From: Botryllus schlosseri | Lineage: Eukaryota | Direction of reading: 5' to 3' | Assembly (NCBI GenBank): GCA_051294905.1 | Contig: CM119385.1 | Coordinates: forward strand, 24,056,001-24,120,000 | DNA: 64,000 nucleotides | Shown here: positions 23,762 to 37,180 of the stretch, in pieces | Position numbering within the stretch: position 1 is the first letter of the stretch | How the letters are laid out: each line of letters begins with the position of its first letter | The notes under the pieces: generated by a model | Told to the model about the DNA's origin: nothing | Databases searched by the model: none | Seen by the model: the letters and a program-made list of their open reading frames with translations, nothing else | Position numbers and translations under genes: made by a program

Positions 23762-24115
23762 GCGCGGCACACTTGGAAAAGACGTTGGTTGTTAACAAAT
23801 ATGCCCCATTTCGTTCTATAAGCTTACTCTTTTGCTGTGGTGTTTGTCTTTCTTTGGGTGTACCATACCTTTGTCCAAATACTTTTCCTTAGCTGCCTTG
23901 ACATTTAGGACTATATATAGTCAGATGTCAACTAATAAAATCCTCAAACTAGCCATTCATTATTATCATGGGCGCACTTAGAAAACCGTTGGTTGAAGAC
24001 AAATATACGCGGATTTCGTCGTATATGCTTAGGCTTTTGCTGTCTGTCTTTGGATGCAACCTACTAACTTTATCAAAATGTTTTTCCATAACTAGTTTGA
24101 CATTTAGGAATACAG
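23762..24115. repeat. Diverged tandem duplication of a ~200-bp unit
   Basis: GCACACTTGGAAAAGACGTTGGTTG...CTTTTGCTGT...TTGACATTTAGGA is repeated as GCACTTAGAAAACCGTTGGTTG...CTTTTGCTGT...TTGACATTTAGGA. Confidence 0.7.
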
Positions 24116-24959
24116 CCTAATACGCATTATTCGGACAATCGATTGATTTGGCGAACATGCTCGATGAACGGAGCAAAACTAAAAATTGCACGTTGAAAGT
24201 ATCAGTGAATATAATTTAGGTACCGGATTGCTTGGTTCCTCTCACAACGCATGGTTGCCCATATCAAATATTTCATCACAATAAATATGCCCTACCATAA
24301 TTTTGGGACTACCGTTTCGAAATCTAGCAATTACTTATCATACCGTAATTTAGCAGCCCATGCGCATGATCCAGCTTTTTTGAACGTTACACCTGTTTTA
24401 GCAGATCACCTTTGAAGCTTAAATGAAATATCTTTTCCGCTTTTTAGAAGTGGTATTTGTATTTCACGTTCAATTGCGAGTATCATATCTTGAGTTCTAA
24501 TTACTTTCAGTTCTTTTGTCTGCAGAACATACATGTTGAAGCATAAAAGCAAGTGGAGTAATTATGACTCTATTTTCCGAAAATATAGCTACACCGACAC
24601 TAATTATAACTTTTGCGATCCGAAATATTTTTTAGTAACGTTTACTAATCGCGCAAAGTGATGAAACTGTATCCGATACAACTTCTAAGCATTGCTCTTC
24701 GCCTAAACTTGGGGCCTTATAATATGGGGGAGGGCGCCATGCCATGATATTCTCTAAAAACGGGGTCTTCTAGTAAACAAAGGGTTAGTATCGCATTTTC
24801 ATAGCAATACTAGAATTTGCATCCCATTATGCGAAACAATGCTTCTTCTGTCGAAAATTGATACCTCCAGGGATGCATCAGAATCAAGCTCTCTGAACCC
24901 GCCGCATACCTCAATTCGCAGCTTTAGACAGTCCATGCGAACGAATTAATACTGTGTTT

Positions 24960-25132
24960 TCAAAACTACTGACTTACTTGAGTAGATTTAAAGTCAGGCA
25001 ATTCTACTTCTACTTCAAGTAGTTTTAGGTGGGTTTTTGAAAAAAGTACTTCTACTCGTACTTGAGTAGATTTTTTCGTCACTACTACTACTTCAACTTG
25101 AATAGCTTTCTTGACTACTTTGACCACCTCTG
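24960..25132. repeat. Dispersed TACTTGAGTA/TACTCAAGTA-rich repeat family (representative copy)
   Basis: CTACTT/ACTTGAGTAG arrays ending in TGACCACCTCTG. Related copies lie near 11.7-11.85, 26.2-26.3, 45.6-46.0 and 61.2/62.0-62.1 kb. Boundaries are approximate. Confidence 0.6.
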
Positions 25133-28100
25133 ATCTGTACTATACAATACAACTCACTTCAAGGATATCTCTTGCGCGTTTTATGCGATCGGTGCCAATT
25201 GCTGCAAATATATCGCTGCTGCAGTTCGGTATTTTTAATGCGTAGTGCTCCATTACGCGTGACTATGAAACGTGCAATATATTATCCGCTTAATCCGGAC
25301 AAAGGCAAAGTTTTCGAATTAAGCGGAGTCGAATGTATATAAAATGAGATATCAATTAATACTAGATCTACTCGAAACTAGTAGTATACTTTACCGTCCA
25401 ATAACTATAGACATGTAGCTTGTCTGTTGTCCGCATACATTTATATTGCATATTTACACAGTTCTTCATTCCAAATTACAAAAAGATTCGCGGCAGTCAA
25501 TTTGAGAATCACTGATTAAAGCTCTGTACCCAAAAAAGAATCACTGATTGTTCAGCCCCACGTGATCTAACTTGTAGGGTTCAAGAGTTTTTGTTATTTT
25601 TCGGCAAATCGGTTGTTTTTCTATTACTTTTGTTGACCGCTGATTGTTTGCGATGTTTTGTGCTCAACACTCGACTCTCGATCGCGTTTCAAATTTCGGA
25701 GCTAAAATTCAATTCGATTTTCCGACACCAAATCCTCGCGTGACATCATAATGAATCTAAATGCCACTTAAATTGGGTTTGGCGCTCTTTTCATCCTATT
25801 TCTCATAAATCTGTTTTCATTTCGTACCAACAAAATCGGGATTGTGATGTTTGCAAATCCAGACTCGCATTACTCACGCGGAGTGATACTGAGCCTTTAA
25901 TCCCAATGTTTGTATTCATCCGCCAACCTAATATGATTCATTATCGTCCTGCATAGTGACGTACAACGCTCGCACTGAGCCGGAACCAAACTCTTAGGAT
26001 TTCGATTTTGCGGACATGGTTGCCACAACGGAATAATCATATTCATAACTATTGGTAGAGTCCTTTCGATTATCGCTAATATCGCGTCAATATCACACTT
26101 TCAAATAAAAAAGTAATCGACAGGGAGTCGGAGAACTATAATCTCTGGCTGATATACTGGAAATAGTGTTCTACTTCTTATAGCATACAGCTAGACGTGG
26201 TCCAAGTAATGATCGTTACTCAAGTAGAAGTAGAAGTTGTGTTGTAAATTTATGCTCAGAAGTAGTGATTTCAAAGTAGCTAAAAGTTAGCACTCTACGC
26301 CTAGTTTTGCACGAAAAACTGAAAAGCGTAAAGTAGGCTAGATGCATCTTTTGAATATCGGCCGAACATATCGAGGTTATCAGGTGCTAGTTATCGGTCG
26401 GGCTATAATTAAATTATTGATGCGACCGGATTCTTTTGTTCCGACAAGATGGATGTCCACTCGAGTCACTTGCATTGTTTCCGTGTGACGTAACACACTC
26501 GGTAGCCGGTATCTGGCGCGCAGGAAATCCTATTTAATCCCCAATGTCGGTGATTCAGGAATAAAACGCTGATTCACAATCGATGACACAAAACCTGGAC
26601 GCAGTGTTCACTTCCACGCTCGTGCAAGGATATCAATCAATGAGGTTAGTTGCGTGAAATAGGGAACACTTGGAGTAGATATTGTTTACAATAGGCTCGG
26701 ACACCTTTTTAACATTTTTAGGGGCAGTGTGTGTGATAGCAGGGATTAGTTGTGTACATATCGTGTTGTGAGAATCGGTGATTTGTCGCGATGCGCCCCA
26801 TTGAAGGCTCGCGGAGTGGCGTTCGTCTCGGAACAAATGTTTGCAATGTTAATACCTTTGACTGGCTTATGATTGAGTCATAATATGATGTCACGGTTGA
26901 ACGGATCAATTTCAGACCTCTTATCACGTAATTGGGGTAATTATGGAGCCGCGAATGTAAACTCTTATCGACCTTTCTCTGCAGTTTACAGCAAACATCG
27001 TTTTGCATCCGTACGACTGTGCTGTTTGGCTTTGTTCATAAAGAGCGGTATACTTAGTGATACCATTGTTGATACACCAAGTTCTTTGCAATTCTCTACT
27101 AGCTGCTGACGATCACCTCTGCATATTCGGGTTTATTTCAATATCAATACACTATTCGGTTGTATGCTGTAGTTCTGTACTTATTAGAAGCTCCACAAAC
27201 GACTGTGCTGCGCGGCTTTGTTCATAAAGAGCGTCAAGGTTGAGCGCACGAGCAGGTGATCAAGTGGAATGCGATCATCCGTCAAGATTTCCGAATAAAA
27301 CCAACTTTTTGTCGGTTGAAATCACAAATCAAACTCGGAAATTGTTCAGTTTTCAAACAAATGCCTCAACGCGACCCGCGTCACAATCAAATTTGTGAAA
27401 ATGACAATTACACGGACCTGATCTGATCAATTGGTAGCGCATAATCTCATCTCGTAATCATCCCTATACCAGTTGTCCGAAAGCATATTAGTTGAGTTAA
27501 GATTGTCTAGCGAATAAAACTGCGCGCATCTCTCTTGTTTATTTTGTGGGCTCTCAGCAAATACGAATCTATGTCAACGCTGGTTAGTACTCGGAGCTGT
27601 CTCGTCTCGTATTACGGCCGTTGTAAAATCAGCGGTAGGCTTGTATTTGCATCAACGCAGAAGACGATTGCGCTTCGATATAAGGCCGTTCTCGTTGATG
27701 ACGCTGTTAGTTGAGATTTGTACTTCAGAGAGGAAAAACGAGAATCGTTTTATTAACCTGGAACTGTAAGCTTGCTAACGACAGGTAAATAGCAGACAGA
27801 GTCAATATTGACCGAACTTGCACCGGCCTTGTTCAATGTTCATAGCCCGCCATTTTTGACAAATTTCTGTAAAAATCAGTGTCACTCGTCTATTTCTAGC
27901 AAAGGTCCAGTCAAAATTGGATTATTGATTATATTACTATCTATATTGAAGTTCTGTACCCCCAAGATGCTCCCCGTTAAAACTCGTATGAAATATGTTA
28001 CAAATGTAATACACGGTATGACTATACAGTATACACAGAATCCGGTAAAGAGGTATGTTAGCAAAGCAATAAGGGAATGTATTTATTGTTGTGTTAGTCA

Positions 28101-30912
28101 CAGTTAGTGGGAGACTTGGCATTCTTTATTACTTGATCCTTGTCTACATCTTGGTTCTAAAGTGGCGAGAGGAAGTTGACGGTTTTCACTGGTCGCACAG
28201 ACGCGAAATCTAATCTTCATAGGGTTCATGTTTGAAAACGCTCACTCTCAGCTGTAAGTAGACCCAAATCATCGATAATGGATTTGGTTTTGTTAACAAA
28301 CCAAGTAAATAGTGAGACGGATAAGATCCGGATTCAACATTGAAAAGTTCCGCCAGTTGAGTAGCCCCGGCCTGTAGATGATCCAAAACTTGCCGACTGG
28401 TCAAGGAAGGTCAACAGTTGAAAGCGTATTGTTTGGAAATATCGCGATATTATTTGAAGCCTCTATATTTGTTTACATTGATAGCGCTGGCTGTCGGCGG
28501 TGACAGGCTACTTAAGATTGTTCATTGTCGCTGATTAAACCCCCCGAATATATGGCAACAGTTCGTACGTGAGGAGATTAGCGAGAGTCGTCTGATTCCG
28601 GGCATTATTGCGCGCCGTGTTTTCAGACGATTAACCGAAAACGTGAGGAGATTAGAAGCGGACGGGTTGGTGTTGAAGGCAGATTCCGTTTTGTGAGAAC
28701 CGTGCTTACCTGACAACGCCACCCAAAGCGGTTGATGGTTGTGCGTTAACAACCATTTTCGTGCATAGTGAGAGATTCATAGAATACAAGCGTGGTAGTC
28801 GCTGTTAGTTTGATGGTTTGATTGCAATCCTACTGGTTACAGAACCTTGACTGCTATAGACACAGATTGGCACAACTAGAAAATTGTCAAGTTTCCAAAA
28901 CTATATTGCAATCAGAATGATAGCTACACTCCTTTTTCCAAATTACATTATAATTATAATTATGGACTACTTATAATTGAATTCACTTCCGAATTCGAGT
29001 AGATTCTCATGAGCACGAGAACAACCAATGTCTGTACACCAAGCTTGGCTCCTTGTAGCAGTTTCAGCAAAACCATATAGTAGATTTGAATTAAAATGAG
29101 AGCCTACAAAATATCATAAATCAGATTAGAAGTAGATTTCCGGTATTTCGCTCTAGTTATTATACAAGTAAAATAATAGTTGAATTTGAATTCATAGTGG
29201 GTCGCTAACTAGGACATTGAATGCAATTCCGAATTAGAAGAGAATACGATAAAAATCAAGTTCAGTTCATATCAATCACCTAAGCACGAGAATGGCAAAC
29301 GTCATTTTGAAAGAAAGCAGAAAATTGGATTAGAATTCAAATTAGAAAATCGGCGCATTTCACAAATTAGATTAAAATTAGATAACCCGCATTTCGTTCT
29401 AGTTAGTCTAATTGACAACTAGAATGATCTAGTTTTCCAAGTCCGTCGAGACAGAATACATTGTTACCGATATATTCATTTTTTTACAAGCAATGTACTA
29501 TGCCGTGACATTTACTTATGAAGGCATACAAGACAGGCGTGCTTTTTCTAAAATCCATCGTCAGTGAGACAATGGCCGCTATCGATTCTGGGTGACATTT
29601 CGGCATTTGTCAGATTGCGAGGCCTTTGAATCCCTCTCGACTTTTTGCCATCGTAGCTTCTAATCTCAAGTATATAGAATTGACCTTGATCTGCTCGACA
29701 TCGCACGTGTTCAAACATCTCGGATCTGGGCGACCTATTCGCGATAAGCCGATATTTTTTGTGACTTCACGAGGTCGGTTTCGAATTTCATTTTCAACTC
29801 CACTTATCAGCATTTTGTGTTCTTAAGATATCGCGCAGCAAACACAGTCGCCAGGTAATCGGTTTATAATCGTCCAACAGCAATATGGCAGCAGGGTTGA
29901 TTGTAGTAGGTCCCGGCCGGTATTGATTGTATGAGCCGATACCGATAACTAGCTTCTTCACCGATATTCAGATGATGTAGCGTCCGCATGGCCAAAACTT
30001 CGGAGCATTTATAAGCACAGCTCTGCAGCCATCGCTATACGGTTGGACGGGAAATAAACCAGAAATGTTGCATCTGGACGCCTGTAAGCTATAAGAAATA
30101 GATCAATATTCCCAGTGTAGCAGGCGCAGATTATAGTTCTCTGACACCCTATCTGTCGACCACCATGATGAGAGTTCACGAAAATTGACGATAATTTTTA
30201 CTGTAACGGCCGATACCGATGTTTGTTTGAAAGTTCGATTCAATTTGATATGATCGACGATATAATAATCGGTTGGACTTTGGATTGAACACCGTGACCG
30301 ATTGTTTCGTAGACAAACCTTCGCGGGAAAACCATAATCACTTCAATATGACAGCCGCTTCTGCGTTCGATCTCGCGCGTCAAATCCTGTTACGCGTTGA
30401 ACTATTAGTTTGGAAAGTCTGAGAGTTGTTGCGTTCAGCATATGTTATCTGGACTCCGTAACATTATATGATCTTCATTATGACATGAGAGATGTTATGA
30501 TTCATAAAAATATGTTCTGTGAGACACCCAGCACTCGCATTTCATGAGCTTTTCGTGCCAGGCCTCACCTTACCCATGCTATCCACTTTTATTGATTCAC
30601 ATTGGCCTTGACAACGACATTAGCTAGCTACATCTTCACGATATCACGACAGTGAATAGCGGTTGTGGAAATGCAGGCTTTCCGTTACATCAGACTAGTA
30701 ATGGCGTGATAGGCAACTGATAGGGCACGAAAATGTATTAAAATGGCATGGAGTATTGTTAAAGTGTGCAAAATTGTAATTGTTGCATGGATTGATGAGC
30801 TGATGTTGATCTTTTAGAATCCGAAAAATAACGTATTGATTAACGGATGCTAATTGTATACAGCTGATCGGAGAAGCAGTATTGGCATATAGTCTTTGCA
30901 AAGCATATGGTT

Positions 30913-31421
30913 AGGGCTGGGCGCAATGATTCGAGTACTCGAATCTGAATCGAGTATTAATTTTAATGATTCGAGTCGAGTAGTAAAATACGATTTTTTC
31001 GAGTACTGAAATTACACGCTTCTCGCAACTGAGTGTTAATTTATCAACGAGAATTATAGTTTCGGTACTAATTTTCACTGTTGAAGCCTTGAAACTTTGG
31101 TTGGCGGTATCGTGGCATACGAAACATATAGTACAAAGCTACGTATAGGACATTTCCGAAGTCATGATTATCTCACAACATTGTCACCAAGTGGAATGAA
31201 ATCGGTATGGTCCAAAAATACTAAAGTATCATTTATGAGATGAATAGCAGGCATGATATTCTTTGTAGCGGCATAAACGGTACAGGGTATATATTTGAAC
31301 TTTGACGTATTGCATTATGTTATGACGTCATAATGGGTGATGCTCGATTACTCGACTCGACTCGAAGCATATTACGTGATTCAGAATCGAATCACCCAGT
31401 TACTCGATTTTGCCCAGCCCT
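30913..31421. mobile_element. MITE with AGGGCTGGGC termini and GATTCGAGT/ACTCGA subterminal repeats
   Basis: Perfect 10-bp TIR AGGGCTGGGC / GCCCAGCCCT. TGGTT flanks both ends; an 8-bp TSD could not be resolved. Confidence 0.7.
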
Positions 31422-31632
31422 TGGTTAGTGTTATATTTGATTGATACCTTTACAGAACAATATTAGAGTGCTACCAGTCCTACCCCAAGCTGTCTAACTG
31501 TTCGGGTTTGGTTATCTAGTTGAAGACTTTTTCTTTAGGTTTGTAATCAAACCAATGCGGAAGAAAATCTGAAATAGAATCCAACCCGAATCCGACTAAT
31601 GCTCATGTCATGCCGTTCCATGCCATACCACG

Positions 31633-31748
31633 CAGACTTTTGCAAACTACTGAATTTTCAAAATGCGCAACTAGAAATAGAACTACTCAAAAATGCAGTA
31701 TAGTTAGTTATCTTTCAACCAACTAGATTAGTAGTTCGCAAAAGTATG
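31633..31748. mobile_element. Short MITE of the CAGACTT(G/T)TGCAAACTAC / (AACTAG)n family
   Basis: Termini CAGACTTTTGCAAACTAC / GTAGTTCGCAAAAGTATG with an internal CAACTAGAA array. Relatives lie near 19.0, 44.5-45.1, 55.1-55.3 and 63.8-64.0 kb. Confidence 0.6.
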
Positions 31749-33838
31749 ATGTTGCGGTGTGAAGGTGAAGTCGTGACATCAATCGAAATGTCGGCAACTC
31801 TCCCGGGAAATCTCTGGTGAGAGGTAGCAGATTGTGAAGTCATCATAGAAATGATATTGCGATTAGCATTGAACTGCCAGGAAGTTTCATAACCTGCCTT
31901 CGGAAAGTTTTTTTTTTCGATTAAGGTCGATCAGGGGTGTGTGCATGTTTGTGACGCTATGAATGACAGCTAAAGAAGGGCATTGTGACAGCCACAATAT
32001 CCCAAACAGTCATCGAGATCCCTACGGAATCTCCAGCTGGTTTATCGACCAATTCTAATTACCGAGCTTTCATTTTTCCGATTGTTGAGTATTAATTTAT
32101 CGCCAATATGGCCCGACACGGATCCGATCAATCGCAGCCTTTTTTCTATCGCGTTTCCCTCTCGTTTACGCACCGACTTCGACTCGCTCGCTAGCCGAGA
32201 TTAGATGCGAGTTTTGGGCGGACAACCGCTTTGTGTGTGCGATGGGTGCAGCTGCATTTAACTGTAGTTGAATCGATTCTTGGAGGTAGAGAACTTCAGT
32301 ATACAGTTGAATAATATGAGGATATTATTCAATCAACAGTAGTGTAAGAGTAGATACGCCGAGAATAATTCACAGTTTAAGTTCGAAATTACGAGTTTTT
32401 ACGAAGTGCAAGATGCATAGAAAATGATTTATTTCAACTAGCAAGGGTTGATCCTGAATTAAGATCGATATAATGACGAAGCTACTGAATTTCGGATCCT
32501 AGAAGTTATGTGTTATCCGCAAATCAGTGACAGCTTTCAGAGGGATACGCGCGTACTTAGCGTCACCCAGAACATTGCCATTTCTTTTTGCGAGTTACTT
32601 TCCACGCATGAGCCGGTTATGCGTACTAACAGGATTGGCAAACCATCAACGTATCAAGTTATGTTCCCGTAATCCACGCCGCTGTTATGAATTATAGATA
32701 AGATTGAGTGAGGGGGAGTGAAATCTCGGTGAACAAGCGGGTTTCGGTGGATATTTTGGCTTTATTTTGGAAACTTCATTTCCCCGCGGGATTATTTCGT
32801 ACACAGGTGCGTGCTTGCGACTGATTATGTTATCCAGGAAATGCAGCGGGCTCTACCCTCCCCAATCGCGAGGAATTCGAATCGAAATAGTGGATTTTTC
32901 CGACGATGTAACAGCAGCCGTGACGACGTTAGAACAGTCCATTAGGAGTATGCTATAATCTAATTATTAACAAGTATTTCTTTCGACTTAAATCAAAGCA
33001 AGCGTGAAGTTATCGCCACCGGAAGCATCGGACCTTTTAGAAAGTTTGGAAGATCAAATCGCAAATCGACTTGAACTAATATGAACGTGAACAGTGACTT
33101 TTCAACGCTTGATTTGACGCGAGCCATTAGCGCCATGCTCTCAGTCACTGTTCAGTGTCAAAGAGGATGTGTTTCATTGAAGTCGTTCAAAGATGGCGCG
33201 ACTGATTGTTTTCAATCTAGTTTTCGACTGAGTTTCAATACAGTTGCAAGTGTATACGTTTTTGATGTGCATGACGTCACTTAACTCACTCAACATCAGT
33301 GAATAGCCTTGCCGGGAAGCTCGCGACTCCTGTCCCGCAAAACTCGATTCTTTTCTCCGGCCGATGAATTGCGGTTTTGAGGCCGCCAATCTGTTTAATT
33401 TTAAGGATTCTAAAAGCAAATTCCGCGGTATTTTCTCCCGCCCCGGTTCGAATATTTCACGGAAATCTGTAATTTTTAAACCGTGTTTGTTGTCGGTCAC
33501 CAACATTAGTTTCAGCGCTTAATCCGATTTCTGTTCTAAAGTATTTCGATCCCGACGGCAATGATGACCAGAAAAAGGGATCCTTTAGAAATAAAATTTA
33601 TTTCTAGTATTATTCCGTGGCAATGCCGCTAGCAGCTTACGGTACGCGTGCAGCAAGGGTAGGGTATCTTGGAAATAACTTTTCCAAATTTCATCGGATA
33701 GTTGTAGAAAATTGTTAGGTTGTCTAAAAATGCTGCACACAAAATTTATGTGAATTCCAACCAGTAGAAGCGAAGTTATTACAGTCGAATATTTGAACAG
33801 TATATATTCTTTCCCATTCTCTACTAGTTGCTGACGAA

Positions 33839-33873
33839 TACCCCTGACGAGTGTCAGCCGGAAATATTCGGGT
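33839..33873 (+). ncRNA. Minimal type-I hammerhead ribozyme motif (best-preserved copy; one core substitution)
   Basis: TACCC CTGACGA G TGTCAGC C GGAAATATTC GGGT: CUGANGA core, 1-bp helix II with a 7-nt loop, palindromic AATATT helix III, UC cleavage site and CCC/GGG helix I. A13 appears changed to G. Confidence 0.6.
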
Positions 33874-34147
33874 TTATTTCAATATGAATATACTATTCAA
33901 TTGTATATTGAAGTTCTGTACCTCCAAAAAGCTCTTCAGTCGAATATTTGAGATTAAAAAAAAAGAGCATAGTGCGTTGGGAAATTCTATCGTTTAGTTG
34001 TGCCGAAAAATTATTGCTCAGTATGTGTAAACGGGAAGTAATGCTTGATGTTTATTATTTCCCGGAATAAAGTAGTATTACCGTGCATTTGAAGACACTC
34101 TTTGACGTATTAAACTTCAATATACAATTGAATTCATATTGCAATCA

Positions 34148-34182
34148 ACCCGGATATTTTCTGCTGACATTCGTCATTGGTA
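34148..34182 (-). ncRNA. Degenerate hammerhead motif copy, inverted relative to 33839
   Basis: Minus strand reads TACCA ATGACGA A TGTCAGC A GAAAATATCC GGGT. Confidence 0.45.
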
Positions 34183-36683
34183 ATCGTCAGCAACTAGTCG
34201 AGAATACAAAAGACCTTTATACATTAACATGCATACTTGAAATGAATTTGACACCGATTCCGTGGAAAGAAGTACATTGAGATAAACAATTGAATATTAT
34301 TTTAAAATAAACCTGAACATTTCAATATGAATCAATATGAATTTCAATGTGAAAATATTATTCAATTGTTTATTGAAGTTCTGCACCTCCAAGAGTCTCT
34401 CCGAAGTAAAGTAAGTCATAGCAACATTGTGCTATCAGCAATTTCACGATCTCGGCAGTGAAATGTATAAGATAAAGCTATTTTTGAACAAACCTATTGT
34501 CGAGATAATTCGGCATCGTAATCAACGCTTTGTCGCATTTCGAACGCTGACTCGGTAGTCTCAGCACTACATGTAACCGCGGCCGTATCTCCCCGATAAT
34601 CAAGTTTGTATACACGGCATTCCTGCCATATTTCGTGACCGTCAGGCAAAGGTGAGCTGCGCGTTCGCCCGAAGGAGTAGAAACAGCAACACGAACCGAG
34701 ACGATCTGGCGCTCAATGTTTACCGAGAGCGTCACAAGCGAACAAGTCTCTGAAATTTCGCAGACGGCGGAAATTCGTGGCGGGTTCTGTTACCCAAGGT
34801 GTGCTGTTGGGATCGTTACAGCGAGAATCAAATTTCATTGATTTATAGGATTTGGCGCAATAATTTGAGTGTTCGAAGCTGGATCGAGTTTTAATTCAAA
34901 TGGTTCGAGTCGAACTGTGAGAGATCATTTTTATCGAGTACATTGCGCGCTCCTAGCCAGTGTTTCGCAGCATACGAAACATGCAGTACAACGGTATTCA
35001 CGTCAGCGGAAATGATATATTTGTGAACCCACAGCTGCAGCATATAGTATAATAAATAGGCATTGTCGAAAAATACCAAATTATCTGCAATGTGATGTAG
35101 AACCGGGATTGTATTCTTTGTGGCAGCATCTTTCGCACTGATTTTAATGAAATGATGAGTGATCTTGGACTCTAAGTATTCTAGTATTCTACTGAGAATC
35201 GGTGAATCATGTAAATGTGAGTAAATCATCTTACATGTGATGTAAAGGTGGCATTATATTCTCTCTGGCAGCATACAGTTCACGCCTATTTCATACGGTT
35301 TATTGTGAAGTGATAATGGGTGACGCTCTACCCGAAGCCTAATATTGTGCTCAGAATCGAATCATTCGGCTAAATTGTGTGAATTATCGTGTTTTCTCTT
35401 CCCGTGACTCGATTTTAATGGACCGGAAGCTTCATTATCACGATGCAAAACCGTTTCCTGACGTGATTGCGCCGTTTCCGCGACATGACAGACGTCGATT
35501 CCAAATTGCTTCGTTAGCCGAGATTCCTCGACGTTTTTCTGTGGCGGCAGAGAATATTTGAGGATAAATATTAACAATTAAAAGCCAAAATAGTTTGTAA
35601 TTGAGGTAATGACGAATTCTAGTCGCCTCTCAGCGAGATGCCCCAGGCGAATCATTTCTTAGTTCTGTTTTCGTAGCAAAAAGCAAGGATACTGTGTTGT
35701 CGTGTCGTCGCGACCTGAATCTGCGTTACCGAAAGAAATCTCGTTGAATACGCGTTTCTGTCTACAGTAAAGTTGGCTTATTCGTTGAAAATAGGGTGAT
35801 ATATATTTAGCGCCGCTCGGATCTGAGTCATGATTTAGTTTTAGTGAACAGTGGCACCCCGCTGCTGCCGCCATTGTGATAGAGCAGTTACTGCCGCGCG
35901 CGATAGCGAAGTTACTTTTCTGGTTTCGCGAAAATATCGATTTTTAGGGTGCGATTCCTTGCTACAGTGTGAGGTCATTTATTGATTTTCATTGAATTAC
36001 ATTTTCTGGACTCCATTGTCTCGTTTGTAGAACTGCAATGCTAGGTATTGTTACTCAAAAATAGAACCGAATCATAATAGAATTGCTTCGTGCGAGGCAT
36101 GAAGGTTGAGGCGAACGGAAATCATATTATGCGCGAGCAAAAGACGAACGGAATCGGATATACTGACACAGCTTCCAGTGGTGAGTTTGAAAATACCGCG
36201 GATTTACAGTTATATAATTGAATAAAATATCCAATATGAATATGTCCTGAGTCCTGAGAGCCGTGAGCACATGCCCTGTTGCTATAATTATGCGTGTCGA
36301 GACATATGTTTATCAATAATCAATCTGCAACAGTGCCCGTTCTGGTGTTTATCCAAATGACAGCTATTTGACACCTTTCTAATCTACAAATGTAATTGTG
36401 ATATTGTTTTAGAGCATCTGTGACTTCACAGAAGGGCAGCCCCTTGAGAACCGCGTAATTACGTATCTCGGGATTACGCGAACGCTGATTTTTTGCGGCC
36501 TCGCGATCCGCGGCTAATCGTTTAAGCCTCGCAATTCCTACGTCACCAAGGGTGTTATTACGACAGCGTGTTGGTGTCAGTGGTACACGATTTATAATAT
36601 GGAAAAATGGAAAATGTCAACTGGCGTCTCAATGATATACATGACAAATTTGTTCTCAATTCTGTACTAGTTGCTGACAATTA

Positions 36684-37095
36684 CTCTCCTGACGAGTGTC
36701 AGCCAGAAATATTCTGGTTTATTTTAAGAAAAGATTGACAAGATTGTTGTCAGCCCTCCGCAAAGTGCGCGATCTGACTTACAGGTTGCATAAAATTTAG
36801 TAGGATATCCATAATTGTTAGTAACTATATTACACAATTGAAAACATTGCGTTTCGTGTCAACAGTCATAGTTATATTCACCAAGTTATTTTCTATTCTC
36901 TACTAGTTGCTGCTAACGATTACCTCTAACGAGTATCAGCCGAAAATATTTGGGTGTATATCAATGTTAAGATATTGTTCAATAGTCTATCTAGTTCTGT
37001 ATCTCCAAGTTATAAGAATGTTGATATACAAAGTTCTGAAAGTTCTATAATAGTTGATGGCGATGAACCCTGATGAGTGTAAGCTGAAAAGATTA
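36684..37095 (+). ncRNA. Tandem cluster of three degenerate hammerhead motifs (cores at 36689, 36926 and 37070)
   Basis: CTGACGAGTGTCAGCCAGAAATATTC, CTAACGAGTATCAGCCGAAAATATTTGGGT and CTGATGAGTGTAAGCTGAAAAGATTA. Each is preceded by a TTCT(C/G/A)TA(C/A)TAGTTG leader. Confidence 0.55.
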
Positions 37096-37180
37096 TAGAA
37101 CTTTCAGAACTTTGTATATCAACATTCTTATAACTTGGAGACACAGAACTAGATATACTATTGAACAATATCTTAACATT
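36963..37180. repeat. Near-perfect inverted repeat: 89-bp arms (36963-37051, 37092-37180) with a 40-nt spacer
   Basis: The arms differ at two positions. The spacer contains the third hammerhead core. Confidence 0.92.

Noticed and set aside
35379-35561. GC-rich ORF as an alternative first teneurin exon
   Set aside because: It ends in a stop with no convincing phase-1 donor.
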